From: an uncultured Acidimicrobiales bacterium
GTDB taxonomy: Bacteria > Actinomycetota > Acidimicrobiia > Acidimicrobiales > SZUA-35
Length of the DNA stretch: 64,000 nt
Assembly: GCA_963751955.1 (NCBI GenBank)
Contig: CAVVWM010000016.1
Location: 41,118 to 105,117 of the forward strand
Direction of reading: 5' to 3'
In this document: one piece after another, positions 28,262-38,652 of the stretch
How positions within the stretch are numbered: position 1 is the first letter of the stretch
Layout: every line of letters begins with the position of its first letter
Made by a program: the position numbers and the translations under genes
The notes under the pieces: generated by a model
What the model was told of the DNA's origin: nothing
Databases searched by the model: none
What the model saw: only the letters and a program-made list of their open reading frames with translations

Positions 28262-29734
28262 ATGTCCATCCCGGTTCGTCGTGCAGGTTTCTTCGCTCTC
28301 CTAAGTGCGGTGACTGTGGCCGTTGTAGTGCGGCTACGCCCTCGCCGCGACCTCGGAGGGTCACCTGTTTCAAATCAGCGGCTGACCGCTCGAAATCTTC
28401 GACTGGCGAAGCTGGGAGTGAAGGGTGGCGGCCGGTATGCAAAGTATCGAGCGCGGCGGGTCTTCGCCGATGCGGCTCGTTCAGAAGAACTCGACACCCA
28501 GTTTCAGCTCGAGACCGCAGAGGATGTTGCGGCCGAACTGGGACAAATGAAGGGCGCAATGATGAAGATCGGCCAAATGGCCAGTTACATCGACACGGGC
28601 CTTCCTGACACGGTGCGGAATTCGCTCGCCAGTCTCCAACATGATGCCCCACCGATGAGCGCGGAATTGGCAGCTCAACAGATCCAAGCCGAACTCGGCG
28701 AGCGGCCCGAACAACTCTTTGCCCACTGGGATCCAGTGCCTCTGGCTTCGGCATCTATCGGACAGGTTCATAGGGCGATAACCCACGACGATCATGCGGT
28801 AGCGGTCAAGGTGCAGTATCCAGGCGTTGGGGAGGCGATGGCGAGCGACCTGGAGAATGCAGATTGGATCTTTGGTGGTATGGCCGCCATGTTTCCCGGA
28901 TTGGACAAGGGGCCGATCATTGAAGAACTGAAGGTTCGCTTGATCGAGGAACTTGACTACACCCTCGAAGCCAAACGGCAGCGACGCTTTCATGAGGCCT
29001 ATCGAGGTCATCCATTCGTCACCGTTCCGGCGATCCACGACCGGTATTCAACCAAGCGCGTTCTTACATCTGAACTGGCCGAAGGCGTACGCTTCACCGA
29101 GGTAGTGAACTGGTCCCAAGAGGAGAGGAACCTGGCAGCCGAGACATTGTTTCGGTTTTCTTTTGGTGCCATCTACCGCGAGCACATGTTCAACGGAGAT
29201 CCTCACCCCGGGAACTATCTGTTTCAACAGGGAGGCCGCGTCACCTTTCTCGATTTTGGTCTGGTCAAAGAGTTCACGCCCAAGGAAACCGAGCTCTTCG
29301 AGGACCTGATCACCCATATGGTGCTCAACCACGATCCGGGCTCCTTCCGCCGTCTCATCGAGGGTGCCGGGTTGCTCAGCAACGAGGCTGGCCATAGCGA
29401 CGCCGAGGTGATCGACTATTTCTCGTTCTACTACCGCTACGTGATGGAAGATCGACCGGTAACGATCGATGCCGCATATGCAGCCGACGGCGTGTCGATG
29501 CTGTTTGACATGAACAGTGAGCATGGCTCGCTCATGAAGCAACTGAATGTGCCGCCCGCTTTCGTAGTTCTGCAGCGGATAACGCTCGGTTTGATGGGCC
29601 TGTTCGCCCGGTTGGACGCCACGATGAACTGGCGCCGTATCGCCGAGGAGTTGTGGCCTTTCGTCGACGCGAATCCTTCAACACCGATGGGTGAAGAGAT
29701 TCGTCGTTGGCAACTGGAGACAGGGAGGCGCTGA
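28262..29734 (+). CDS. AarF/ABC1/UbiB kinase family protein
   Basis: MKGAMMKIGQ, ASASIGQVHRA, VAVKVQYPG, EELDY, DPHPGN, LDFG. Confidence 0.92.
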   Translation: MSIPVRRAGFFALLSAVTVAVVVRLRPRRDLGGSPVSNQRLTARNLRLAKLGVKGGGRYAKYRARRVFADAARSEELDTQFQLETAEDVAAELGQMKGAMMKIGQMASYIDTGLPDTVRNSLASLQHDAPPMSAELAAQQIQAELGERPEQLFAHWDPVPLASASIGQVHRAITHDDHAVAVKVQYPGVGEAMASDLENADWIFGGMAAMFPGLDKGPIIEELKVRLIEELDYTLEAKRQRRFHEAYRGHPFVTVPAIHDRYSTKRVLTSELAEGVRFTEVVNWSQEERNLAAETLFRFSFGAIYREHMFNGDPHPGNYLFQQGGRVTFLDFGLVKEFTPKETELFEDLITHMVLNHDPGSFRRLIEGAGLLSNEAGHSDAEVIDYFSFYYRYVMEDRPVTIDAAYAADGVSMLFDMNSEHGSLMKQLNVPPAFVVLQRITLGLMGLFARLDATMNWRRIAEELWPFVDANPSTPMGEEIRRWQLETGRR

Positions 29735-29738
29735 GCGC

Positions 29739-30719
29739 TCAGCTCTGGGCTTGGGGTGGCAGGCAGTGGCCTTCCGGGCACGGGTCGGGCCAAGGGCCCG
29801 CGTGACCCAGCCACAGCGCCGGAGCTCCATCGATCTTTTCCTGCACGAGTTCTCTGATCGCTTTGACGAACGATGGGTGTGTCCCCACTGTGGCAGCGCG
29901 ACGCATGGTGAGCCCGAGTGATGCCGCCGTCTCGGCGGCTTGGATATCGAGGTCGAACTTCACCTCCATGTGATCGGAGATGAAACCCAGCGGCACAACT
30001 GTGACTTGGGATTGTCCCATGTCACGCAACGAGACGAGATGGTCATTGATGTCGGGCTCGAGCCACGGAACATGGGGTGGTCCGCTCCGACTTTGATATG
30101 CGAGGTCCCACTCGACTCTCAGGCGGCCAGCGATCAGGCCCGCCATCTCTTTGAGTTGAGACTCGTAGTCGCACCACTGAGCCATCGATTCGGGGATCGA
30201 GTGAGCGGTGAAGACAACCCGGTCCCCCCTTTGAAGGACTTCCTCGGTGCGGTCGACGACCGCGTCTATGAAGCCGGGGTGGTTGTAGAAGAGTCGCAGT
30301 TTGTGCAGCCCGGGGGCTGCCTCACCCACAGTTCTGGCGGCGGCGGCAAGATCCTCTCGATACTGGCGGCAGCCGCTGTAGGAGGAGAAGGCTGAAGTTG
30401 TGAGCACGAGGGCGTTGCTCACACCGTCGTCGGCCATCCGCTGGAGGGTGGTGGCAAGATAAGGCTCCCAGTTGCGATTCCCTAAATAGATCGGCAGACC
30501 GATTCCGAAGTCGTCGAACTCGGTTCGAAGCGCTTGGATCAATGCGAGGTTCTGATCATTGATCGGAGAGCGTCCGCCGAACTTCTCATATTGTTGTGCG
30601 ACGATCGCGAGCCGCTCGTCGGGGACGTTGCGACCGGCTGTGACGTTTCGGAGGAATGGCATCACCTCGTCGGGACCATTTGGTCCGCCGAAGCTCAGAA
30701 CACACAACGCATCAAACAC
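29739..30719 (-). CDS. hemH: (Copro)porphyrin ferrochelatase
   Basis: SFGGP, GNRNWEP, SSYSGCRQY, FTAHSIP, YQSRSG..WLEPDI, GFISDHMEV. Confidence 0.93.
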   Translation of the reverse strand: MFDALCVLSFGGPNGPDEVMPFLRNVTAGRNVPDERLAIVAQQYEKFGGRSPINDQNLALIQALRTEFDDFGIGLPIYLGNRNWEPYLATTLQRMADDGVSNALVLTTSAFSSYSGCRQYREDLAAAARTVGEAAPGLHKLRLFYNHPGFIDAVVDRTEEVLQRGDRVVFTAHSIPESMAQWCDYESQLKEMAGLIAGRLRVEWDLAYQSRSGPPHVPWLEPDINDHLVSLRDMGQSQVTVVPLGFISDHMEVKFDLDIQAAETAASLGLTMRRAATVGTHPSFVKAIRELVQEKIDGAPALWLGHAGPWPDPCPEGHCLPPQAQS

Positions 30720-30797
30720 CGATATTCCTAGGTGTGGTCCTAGCGCCTGAAACCGTAAGTTCGTTGTCGCTCACAGTTCGAAACGATACCGATGTCG

Positions 30798-31187
30798 CTA
30801 GAACAAGCGCTCGAGATCGAGGGAATCAAACTGCTCGTCGTCGAGGGAAACCAACTCGACCGGATCGGCCACTTGCCGGCTGTTGTCGCGCGCCTGAATC
30901 ACGGACCGCCTGCTGGGCGAGCGAGGAGCGTAGCCCGCAGCTGCACGCTCTTCGTCGTTTTCGCCGCCCCATATCCCGTGCTCTCGGTTGAGTCTGCCGG
31001 CTCGACGGCAGGGAAGTACACTTGGGCACGCACGACAGAACGATTGGGCAAGGGCCTCGCGTTCCACTCGTCGTTCGGGTCTCTCAGCGGCCGGTCCGAA
31101 GAACACCAGCGTCATGCCATTGCACAGCGCTTGATCTCTCCATTCAGCGTCGGTATCAGCATGTAGAACGGCTAGTTCAGTGTCCAT
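30798..31187 (-). CDS. WhiB family Fe-S transcription factor (second paralog)
   Basis: WRDQALC..FF..CRACPSVLPC..HGIWGGENDEER; GGAGG RBS. Confidence 0.88.
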   Translation of the reverse strand: MDTELAVLHADTDAEWRDQALCNGMTLVFFGPAAERPERRVEREALAQSFCRACPSVLPCRRAGRLNREHGIWGGENDEERAAAGYAPRSPSRRSVIQARDNSRQVADPVELVSLDDEQFDSLDLERLF

Positions 31188-31205
31188 AGTGGGCCTCCGG
31201 TATCT

Positions 31206-31234
31206 AACTTAGTGCTAAATGTACAAGGAGTCAA
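31206..31234 (-). promoter_or_regulatory. Housekeeping-sigma promoter of the second whiB: TTGACT-N17-TAAGTT
   Basis: Near-consensus -35/-10 with 17-nt spacer, 18 nt upstream of the ATG. Confidence 0.6.
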
Positions 31235-31346
31235 CGTGACGACTGTAACAAGCGCCTTCGACGCGACGAAATCCCTGTTCAGGGTGACGTGAAGTTCTTT
31301 CGAGGCCGTCGTTCAGCGTCGAAATGGGGATCCTGGGAGTTCTCCT

Positions 31347-32174
31347 TCAGGCTCGGGATGCCGCTGCAGCTCCGGCTGCGGCCATCTCAGCGGACTCAAA
31401 ATAGAGATCGCTGCCCAGCGCAAGAGCCGCAGCTTCGTCCGACACTGCGACACCACCAACCAGCACTGCGTTGATCTTGGGCTGGTCACGGATCTCTCGC
31501 ACGAGTGCGCCTATTGCATCTCCCAGGCCGGGAGCGCTTACGGCAAGCGCAACCGAGACATTGCCATCGGCCTGATCGGCGGCCTGGAGAATCTCCTCAG
31601 GTCCAGCAACCAGGCCAAGATCAACAACGGCAGCTCCCTCACCGCGAACGAGGTTGGCAAAGAACGCTGTGGCCAGCGTGTGAGTGTCGCCCGGTGGACA
31701 GGCAACCACCACCGTGCCGGCCCTGCGTCCCTTCCGTGAGGGCGTACCGAGCCGAGAGATCAACCGCATGGCGACAACCGTGGCGATGTGCTCTTGGGCG
31801 ATGGTGCCTTGACCATCGGCCCAGCGCTGACCGGTTTGTCGCAGAGCGGGGGCTATCAGCTGCTGCTGGGCCCGCAACGGCGCGGCATGAAAGCCTGAAG
31901 CCATCAGCAGGTCCCACGCGCCAACCTCGTCGCCCGCTTCCATCAGCTTCCTCAGCGACTCCACCGTTGGAACCGCTCGCGTTTGGTCGGGCCCAGAGTC
32001 CCCGCCGCGCCGGCGAAACGCATCCAAGTCGGCTTGTTCGACCATCCATCGGCGGCCCTGCTGGCGCGCCCGCAGGTCGCCAACCCGTACGTAGCGATAG
32101 GCGGTCATGTAATGGACGCCAAGAACACCCGCAACTTCCTGCAACGTCAGATCAGGTTTTGGCGCAGCTTCCAC
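31347..32174 (-). CDS. Xis/BldC-type HTH + cobalamin-binding regulator (CarH-like), paralog 1
   Basis: LTLQEVAGVLGVHYMTAYRYVRVGDL HTH; W-x9-EH; GDTH; LVGG; TACTCT -10 before GTG 32174. Confidence 0.82.
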   Translation of the reverse strand: MEAAPKPDLTLQEVAGVLGVHYMTAYRYVRVGDLRARQQGRRWMVEQADLDAFRRRGGDSGPDQTRAVPTVESLRKLMEAGDEVGAWDLLMASGFHAAPLRAQQQLIAPALRQTGQRWADGQGTIAQEHIATVVAMRLISRLGTPSRKGRRAGTVVVACPPGDTHTLATAFFANLVRGEGAAVVDLGLVAGPEEILQAADQADGNVSVALAVSAPGLGDAIGALVREIRDQPKINAVLVGGVAVSDEAAALALGSDLYFESAEMAAAGAAAASRA

Positions 32175-32234
32175 GCACGGAAAGAGTAGAGAAAGTTTGC
32201 CAGCGATGAGGGACCGGGTGGATATCCTCTCGGC

Positions 32235-33044
32235 GTGCGCCTGCTGACATGGAACCTGTGGTGGCGTTTCGGGAACCGTTGGCAGGATCGGCAGCACCTA
32301 ATAGGCACCGAGCTGCGGCGCCTGCGCGCCGATATCTGTGCGTTTCAGGAGGTGTACTGTGTGGATGGCGAGGACCAGTTCGCAACGCTGAAGGCGGCGA
32401 CAGAATTCGATGGATACGCCGAGGAGCAGCACGGTGAAAGAGCCAAGTTCGGGAACGCACTTCTCAGCCGATACCCGCTGCACAACGTGGCCCAGATCAG
32501 CTTGCCCGGCCACGACGGACGTCCCGGACATCGCAGCGCGATCGTCGCCGACATCGAGTGCCCCAACGGACCGCTGTCGGTGGCCGTGACCCATCTCGAC
32601 TGGCGCTACGACGCCTCCCAGCTGCGCCAGCTTCAGCTCACACCCATCCTGGACCAGTTGGCGCGCCGCCGAGACCGAGGCCGAACCCCGGTCCTGATGG
32701 GTGATCTCAACTCCATTCCCGAGAGCGACGAGCTTCGTCGACTCACAGGAAGTGCGCCTCCGTTCCCAAATGGAGCGGGTCCGTTGATCTTCACCGATTC
32801 GTGGGCAGCGGTGGGCGAGGGTCCCGGGTATACGTGGACCCGCGACAACTCCAACTCCGCCGATGCAGCGTTCCCGCGGCGTCGCCTTGATCACGTGCTG
32901 GTCGGCTGGCCACGACCCAAACCGGCATTCAACCCACTAGCAGCCGAGCTCGTCGGCGTTACCCCTGGACCAGATGGGCTGTATCCCTCAGATCACTACG
33001 GCGTCGTGGTTACCGTTGATGATCGTGAACCCTTCGAGGAATAA
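32235..33044 (+). CDS. Endonuclease/exonuclease/phosphatase family protein
   Basis: TWNLW, FQEV, GNALLSR, THLDW, GDLN, LDHV, SDHYGV. Confidence 0.9.
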   Translation: MRLLTWNLWWRFGNRWQDRQHLIGTELRRLRADICAFQEVYCVDGEDQFATLKAATEFDGYAEEQHGERAKFGNALLSRYPLHNVAQISLPGHDGRPGHRSAIVADIECPNGPLSVAVTHLDWRYDASQLRQLQLTPILDQLARRRDRGRTPVLMGDLNSIPESDELRRLTGSAPPFPNGAGPLIFTDSWAAVGEGPGYTWTRDNSNSADAAFPRRRLDHVLVGWPRPKPAFNPLAAELVGVTPGPDGLYPSDHYGVVVTVDDREPFEE

Positions 33045-33047
33045 GTC

Positions 33048-34112
33048 GTGACCGACGGACCTGCATCCGCCCCGCCTCCTGGGTGGTATCCCGACCCTCA
33101 GTCGCCAGCGATGCTGCGATGGTGGGACGGCGGCCAATGGACCAACGATATTCGCCCCGCCGACCTAGCCGCCCCGACGCCGGGAACGTCGGGGAACAAT
33201 AGATTGCGGCCGGTTGGTGACTGGATGACTGAGACGTTTCGGCTCCTGGTCAACAATGCTGGAGCTCTTTTCACCCTCATGGTGGTGCTCGTCATTCCTG
33301 CCTCGTTGCTTTCTGGAGGTGCTACGTGGTTCGGTGTGAGGAATCTGGTGATCATCATCAACGAAGACGCTCCCGCCGGTGAGTGGCCGGTGGACATCGA
33401 AGGCCTGGAATCGCTGGGCCTCGTAGTTCTTGGGTTCGTGCTCAACTTTGTGTTGTCGATCGTTTTTGCCATTGCTGGTACCCGTTTGGTGATGAGTGGT
33501 CGGTTCGGAACGGCCCAGCTGTGGAGTGAGGCGCTGGCAGCGAGTGTTCGGCGGATTCCGCCGGTGATCGGGTGGGGCCTCATAGGCGCGCTCGTCGTCA
33601 TCGCTGTTGTTCTGGCGATGGCCCTTATCACTGGCATCATCGCCGTGGTCTCACCGGTGCTGGGGATCGTCGTCGGTATTGTGGTGTTCGTCAGCGGCGG
33701 GCTCGTGTTGCTCGGACGTTACGGGATGATCTTCACGACCCCGATGATCGCCGCGCGCGGGTCGAGGAACCCGATCGTTGTGAACAGGATCACCGCCGGT
33801 TCAACCTGGGGGTTGGTCGGCCGGGCGTTGTTGCTGGTTCTCGTCACCTCTGCGGCATCATTGGCCGGTTCAATCGTCACAGGACCCCTGGGCGCTATCG
33901 GCGGGTCGCAGCCCTTGGATCCGGATTCCAATGTGATTCGCCTCACCGATTTGATCGGCGGCAACATCGGGATCTTCATGCTCGTGCAACTCATGAACGC
34001 CATCGTCGTTTCGGTAGCGAGTCTGATCTGGCATCTCGGCCAGGGATTGCTGTTCGAGGACCTGGGCGGTCAGATCGATCCCGAGCTGCGCCCTTCGTCA
34101 GAGGCTGGCTAA
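33048..34112 (+). CDS. DUF2510-domain multi-TM membrane protein
   Basis: PPGWYPDP..LRWWDGGQWT followed by several hydrophobic helices. Confidence 0.8.
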   Translation: MTDGPASAPPPGWYPDPQSPAMLRWWDGGQWTNDIRPADLAAPTPGTSGNNRLRPVGDWMTETFRLLVNNAGALFTLMVVLVIPASLLSGGATWFGVRNLVIIINEDAPAGEWPVDIEGLESLGLVVLGFVLNFVLSIVFAIAGTRLVMSGRFGTAQLWSEALAASVRRIPPVIGWGLIGALVVIAVVLAMALITGIIAVVSPVLGIVVGIVVFVSGGLVLLGRYGMIFTTPMIAARGSRNPIVVNRITAGSTWGLVGRALLLVLVTSAASLAGSIVTGPLGAIGGSQPLDPDSNVIRLTDLIGGNIGIFMLVQLMNAIVVSVASLIWHLGQGLLFEDLGGQIDPELRPSSEAG

Positions 34113-36160
34113 ACGTCGAGCAGATCAGGGTTGATGGTGGGACTGTTCGTGATGATGTAGTCCTTGCGTTCCGCTACATCGTTGCCCATGAGGATCTTGA
34201 ACATTTCGGTTGCCCGAACGGCCTGCTCGCCCTCAGCCATTCCCATACGTTTGAGCACCCTCGTTTCGGGGTTGAGTGTGGTGTCGGCAAGCTCGTCGAC
34301 GTTCATCTCACCGAGACCCTTGAAACGTTGCCACCGCTTGTCGTCGCCCAGCCCAAGTTCGGCGTGAAGTAGGTCCCGTTCGGAATCGCTGTAGGCGTAG
34401 ACCATCTCGCCCTTGTGTTTGATGCTGAAGAGCGGTGGTTGGGCGGCGTACACCATGCCTTGCTCCAACAACGGGCGCATGTGCTTGAAGATCAACGTGA
34501 GGAGGAGGCAACGGATGTGGCTTCCGTCGACGTCGGCATCGCAGAGGATGATGATTCGACCGTAGCGACATGACTCCACGTCGAAGTCGTCACCGGATCC
34601 TCCGCCGATGGCTGTGATCAATGCCGAGGCCTCGGCGTTGTCCACGACCTGTTTCAAGGTGGCCTTGCCGGCGTTGACTACCTTGCCCCTCAGGGGAAGC
34701 ACCGCCATGTAATTGCTGTCCCGACCGTTCTTGGCAGGGCCCGCAGCGGAGTTGCCTTCGACGATCAGGAGCTCGGAATCGGGGCCGTGTGTCCGGCAGT
34801 CGGCAAGCTTGTCGGGCATGCCTGTGCTCGAGAGGCTGTTGAGTTTTCGCCGGTTCTCCAGTTGCTGCTTGGCCGCAACCCGGTTCAGGACGGCCTGGGT
34901 CATCTTGTCGCGCAGGGCGTTGATCTGGGTTTTGCGACCTCCACCCTGCATCCAATCCGAAAGTCCGGTCTTGGCCCCTTCGTACACGAGATTGCGGATT
35001 GGTGGGGTGCCAAGCTCTTGTTTGGTTTGGCCTTTGAATTGGGGTTCGGCGAACGTCACTTTCACCGCGGCAATCAGGCCCTCTTGAGCGTCGCTGCTAC
35101 TGGCTCGACCGTTGTCTTTGAGCTTCTTCAGCTTCTTGTTCTCGTACAGGAGAATGTTGTTGGCAGTCCAGTTGAGGGCTTGTTCGAACCCCGCAACATG
35201 AGTCCCGCCCTCCCGCGTTGGGATGGTGTTGACGAAACTCACGATGTTCGAGTCGTAACCCTTCACCCAACGCATCGCGATATCGATCGTGCATGGCCGC
35301 AGGACGCGTTGCATGGAACCGTCGATCGGCACCCGTTCCTCAAACTGGGAATCGACGTTGATGGCGATGATGTCGGTGACGTTTTCTCCAACACTGAGGA
35401 CATCGACGTAGTCGGCTAAACCACCCGCAGCCACGAACTCTTCGGGCTCGGCACCGGCCCTCCTCCGATCGTGCAGTTTGATGTGGAGGCCGGGCACGAG
35501 GAAACAGACTCTCGCAACATGCTCTCGGATTTGGCTGTAGTCGAGCTGTGCCTCATCGTCGAATATCTCGAGATCGGGCCAGTAGCGGACCCGAGTCCCG
35601 GTTCGATTTTTGGGGATCTTCTTGACCACCGCCAGTTTCGAGCCCGGCTTGAACTGGCCTGATTTCAGATAGTTGCCCGGCATGCGTTCGTTGAACACCA
35701 AACGCGACGTAACGCCGTCGCGATCGACTTCGGCCACAAGCTTGGATGAGAGAGCATTGACCACCGATGCGCCCACACCGTGGAGCCCTCCGGATGCGCT
35801 GTAAGCACCCGATCCGAACTTGCCACCTGCGTGTAGCTCAGTGAAAACCACCTCCAGCGCCGTGCGGCCGTCCGGCTTCTTCTCGATCGGGATACCACGC
35901 CCGTCATCAGATACCTCGATGGAGCCGTCTTTGTGAAGTATCACGTCGATGTGGCTGGCAAAGCCGGCCGCGGCTTCGTCGACGCAGTTGTCGATGATCT
36001 CCCACGCCAGATGATGCAGTCCCTCAGAACCGGTGCCGCCGATGTACATCCCTGGTCGCTTGCGGACCGCCGTCAGGCCCTTGAGGATCTGGATGTGGTC
36101 GGCGCCGTAGTCGGCGGCGTCCTTGCTTTTTGTGCTGCCGGCCCTCTTTTTCGTTACCAA
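34109..36160 (-). CDS. parE: Type IIA topoisomerase subunit B (topo IV ParE-like)
   Basis: AVRKRPGMYIG, EIIDNCVDE, LHAGGKF, GGLHGVGASVVNALS, EGNSA, PLRGK, DADVDG, RFKGLGEM; TTG 36160 after GAAGGA. Confidence 0.85.
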   Translation of the reverse strand: MVTKKRAGSTKSKDAADYGADHIQILKGLTAVRKRPGMYIGGTGSEGLHHLAWEIIDNCVDEAAAGFASHIDVILHKDGSIEVSDDGRGIPIEKKPDGRTALEVVFTELHAGGKFGSGAYSASGGLHGVGASVVNALSSKLVAEVDRDGVTSRLVFNERMPGNYLKSGQFKPGSKLAVVKKIPKNRTGTRVRYWPDLEIFDDEAQLDYSQIREHVARVCFLVPGLHIKLHDRRRAGAEPEEFVAAGGLADYVDVLSVGENVTDIIAINVDSQFEERVPIDGSMQRVLRPCTIDIAMRWVKGYDSNIVSFVNTIPTREGGTHVAGFEQALNWTANNILLYENKKLKKLKDNGRASSSDAQEGLIAAVKVTFAEPQFKGQTKQELGTPPIRNLVYEGAKTGLSDWMQGGGRKTQINALRDKMTQAVLNRVAAKQQLENRRKLNSLSSTGMPDKLADCRTHGPDSELLIVEGNSAAGPAKNGRDSNYMAVLPLRGKVVNAGKATLKQVVDNAEASALITAIGGGSGDDFDVESCRYGRIIILCDADVDGSHIRCLLLTLIFKHMRPLLEQGMVYAAQPPLFSIKHKGEMVYAYSDSERDLLHAELGLGDDKRWQRFKGLGEMNVDELADTTLNPETRVLKRMGMAEGEQAVRATEMFKILMGNDVAERKDYIITNSPTINPDLLDV

Positions 36161-36197
36161 GACGTGTCCTTCAGTCTGACTGGGTATACGGCTGGGG

Positions 36198-38600
36198 CTA
36201 CCACCGGAGGGTCCCGATCTGGAGGATGCGGTTGGGCAGGGACCGGGATGCGCCGTCGCGGCGGGTTGGTCTGAGCGCAATCGACTCCGGAGTTGGAGCC
36301 GGTTTCGTCGAGCCCTCGGAACCCACCACTGCCACGATCCGCTCGGGATTCCCGACCCAGGCATAGTCGAGGCGTTTCTCTTCGGAGAACCTGGTTAGGC
36401 GAACACCTCCACCGTTGCGTCCCTTGGTCGGGATCTCCTCAACCGAGGTGGACTTGGCCGAGCCGGTATCGGTAATCGACAGGATCACGGCACCGTCGGT
36501 GGCAATCCCGGCACCGATCACCTTGGCGGCACCTTTCAGAGCCATCCCGTTCATTCCCTTGGCCGTTGGGCCTTGGGGCCGTACCGCCCTTGTCGGGGTT
36601 CGAAGAGTCTGAGCGTCTGAGCTGATCATCACGATGTCGTCGGCATCGGTGCATTCGAAACATGCCACGATCCGGTCGCGCTCTGACAAGCCGATGATGG
36701 TTCGTCCCGATTTGAGGTCAGCAAGCGCCGAGCGTTCTATTCGTTTCACCATGCCAAGGGCCGTGACGATCGCGACTCCATCGCCGGTTGGATTGAGCAG
36801 ACAAAGCGCTTGCTCGCCCCTGTCGGACTTGAACACATCGGTGGTGTCCTTGCCGCGGCTTCTTCCGCCAACTTCTGGAATTTCGAGCGCAGGAACACGA
36901 AGCAGTCGACCCGAGCTCATCACGAGCAACACAGGGCTCTTCAGCGTCGTGACTACGACCGACTGGATCACATCGTGTCGGCTGGGGGAGAAGGACTTGG
37001 ATGAGCCCGCCGGTTCGCGACCGACCACCCCCGATGCTGCAAGGCTGACCACACAAGGATCGTCGGTGATGTCAGCCACTACCTGTTCGGCTACTTCGGC
37101 AAGATCGGGAATCGAGTTGGCAGAGACGATGACACTCCGCCGGGGACGGCCGTACTTCTTGACCAGCTCGCCCAATTCCCGTATGACGATCGTGCGGCGC
37201 CGTTGTTCTGAACCGAGAATTCTCCTCAACTCGGCGATTTGTGTTCCGAGCTCAGCGAGCTCGTCGACAACCTCCTCACGGGCCAACTGACTGATCCGCT
37301 TCAGCTGCATATCGAGGATGTGTTGAGCTTGGACCTCGGTCAAGCCGAGTGCTTCCATCAAGCGCTCACGGGCAACAGCGGTATTCGCCGAACTGCGGAT
37401 TATCTGCACCACCTCATCGATGTTGTCGATTGCGATGAGATACCCCTCGAGGATGTGCAGGCGGGCCTCTGCCTTTCGCAGGCGGTATTCGGTCCGCTTG
37501 ACGACGATGTCGAGGCGGTGGTCGATGTAGTGCTCGCACAATTCGTAGAGACCAACGACGGTTGGCACACCATCTACAAGCACAGTGTTATTGATGCTGA
37601 AGCTGTCCTCCAGGGGAGTCATCTTGTACAACTTCTGCAACAGCAGCTCAGCCGACATGCCTGACTTGCACTCGATGACCAGCTTCGTCCCGTGATGTCG
37701 ATCGGACAGATTCTTGATGTCCTGAACGCCGTTGAGCTTCTCGGCTCGGACCAGCTCGGTGACCTTGGCCACCACCCGCTCGACACCCACCATGTAAGGC
37801 AGCTCGGTGATCTCGATTCCCTGACGAGCTTTCGTGACATCGATGATGGTGGCCTTGGCTCGTATCCGGAACGAGCCCCGCCCGGTTTCGTAGGCGTCGC
37901 GCAGCCCGTCGTCGACGATGGTTGCGCCCATCGGTAGATCGGGCCCCGGCAGTACGGCCATCAGCTCGTCCACGGTTGGTTTGGGTCGTCGCTTCGTCAT
38001 CACGAGCTTGATTGCCTCGTAGACCTCAGCGAGGTTGTGAGGCGCCATGTTGGTGGCCATGCCCACTGCGATCCCGCTGGTGCCGTTGACGAGAAGGTTG
38101 GGAAGGAGGCCCGGGAGGTAACGCGGCTCGGTGTTTTCGCCGTCGTAGGTAGCTCCGAAGTCGACGGTCTCCTCATCGATTTCGGCCAGGAGGTCGATGG
38201 CTGCATCGGTGAGCTTGCACTCGGTGTACCGTTGCGCAGCCGGTGGGTCATCGAGGGAGCCGAAGTTACCCTGGGGATCAACGAGCGTAATGTTTCGGGC
38301 GAAGTCTTGACCGAGGCGAACCAGTGTGTCGTAGATCGCCGAATCGCCATGGGGATGGAACTTACCCATCACGTCGCCGACAACGCGAGCACATTTACGG
38401 TGGGGTCGGTCTGGGCGTAGGCCCATTCGAAGCATGCTGTACAGGATTCGCCGCTGAACGGGTTTCAGACCGTCGCGAACGTCGGGGATTGCCCGTGAAG
38501 TAATGACAGACAGTGAGTAGGCCAGAAACGACTCTCCGAGCTCATCGGCTACCGGTACGTCGATTACTTCCCGCGGAAAACTGTTGTGATCAGAAGACAC
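36198..38600 (-). CDS. parC: Type IIA topoisomerase subunit A (topo IV ParC-like)
   Basis: RDGLKPVQRR, HPHGDSAIYD, AAQRYTE, NGTSGIAVGMAT; no canonical GyrA-box at the start of the CTD. Confidence 0.85.
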   Translation of the reverse strand: MSSDHNSFPREVIDVPVADELGESFLAYSLSVITSRAIPDVRDGLKPVQRRILYSMLRMGLRPDRPHRKCARVVGDVMGKFHPHGDSAIYDTLVRLGQDFARNITLVDPQGNFGSLDDPPAAQRYTECKLTDAAIDLLAEIDEETVDFGATYDGENTEPRYLPGLLPNLLVNGTSGIAVGMATNMAPHNLAEVYEAIKLVMTKRRPKPTVDELMAVLPGPDLPMGATIVDDGLRDAYETGRGSFRIRAKATIIDVTKARQGIEITELPYMVGVERVVAKVTELVRAEKLNGVQDIKNLSDRHHGTKLVIECKSGMSAELLLQKLYKMTPLEDSFSINNTVLVDGVPTVVGLYELCEHYIDHRLDIVVKRTEYRLRKAEARLHILEGYLIAIDNIDEVVQIIRSSANTAVARERLMEALGLTEVQAQHILDMQLKRISQLAREEVVDELAELGTQIAELRRILGSEQRRRTIVIRELGELVKKYGRPRRSVIVSANSIPDLAEVAEQVVADITDDPCVVSLAASGVVGREPAGSSKSFSPSRHDVIQSVVVTTLKSPVLLVMSSGRLLRVPALEIPEVGGRSRGKDTTDVFKSDRGEQALCLLNPTGDGVAIVTALGMVKRIERSALADLKSGRTIIGLSERDRIVACFECTDADDIVMISSDAQTLRTPTRAVRPQGPTAKGMNGMALKGAAKVIGAGIATDGAVILSITDTGSAKSTSVEEIPTKGRNGGGVRLTRFSEEKRLDYAWVGNPERIVAVVGSEGSTKPAPTPESIALRPTRRDGASRSLPNRILQIGTLRW

Positions 38601-38652
38601 CTATCGATCTTTACAGAAGGGTGAGACGGTGTGGTGGCAAGCGGCGCCAGAA

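Noticed and set aside
31206..31250. CarH-type operator (TGTACA near TTGACT) in the whiB promoter
   Set aside because: The similar hexamers are spaced 9 bp rather than the 11 bp known for CarH; too weak to call.
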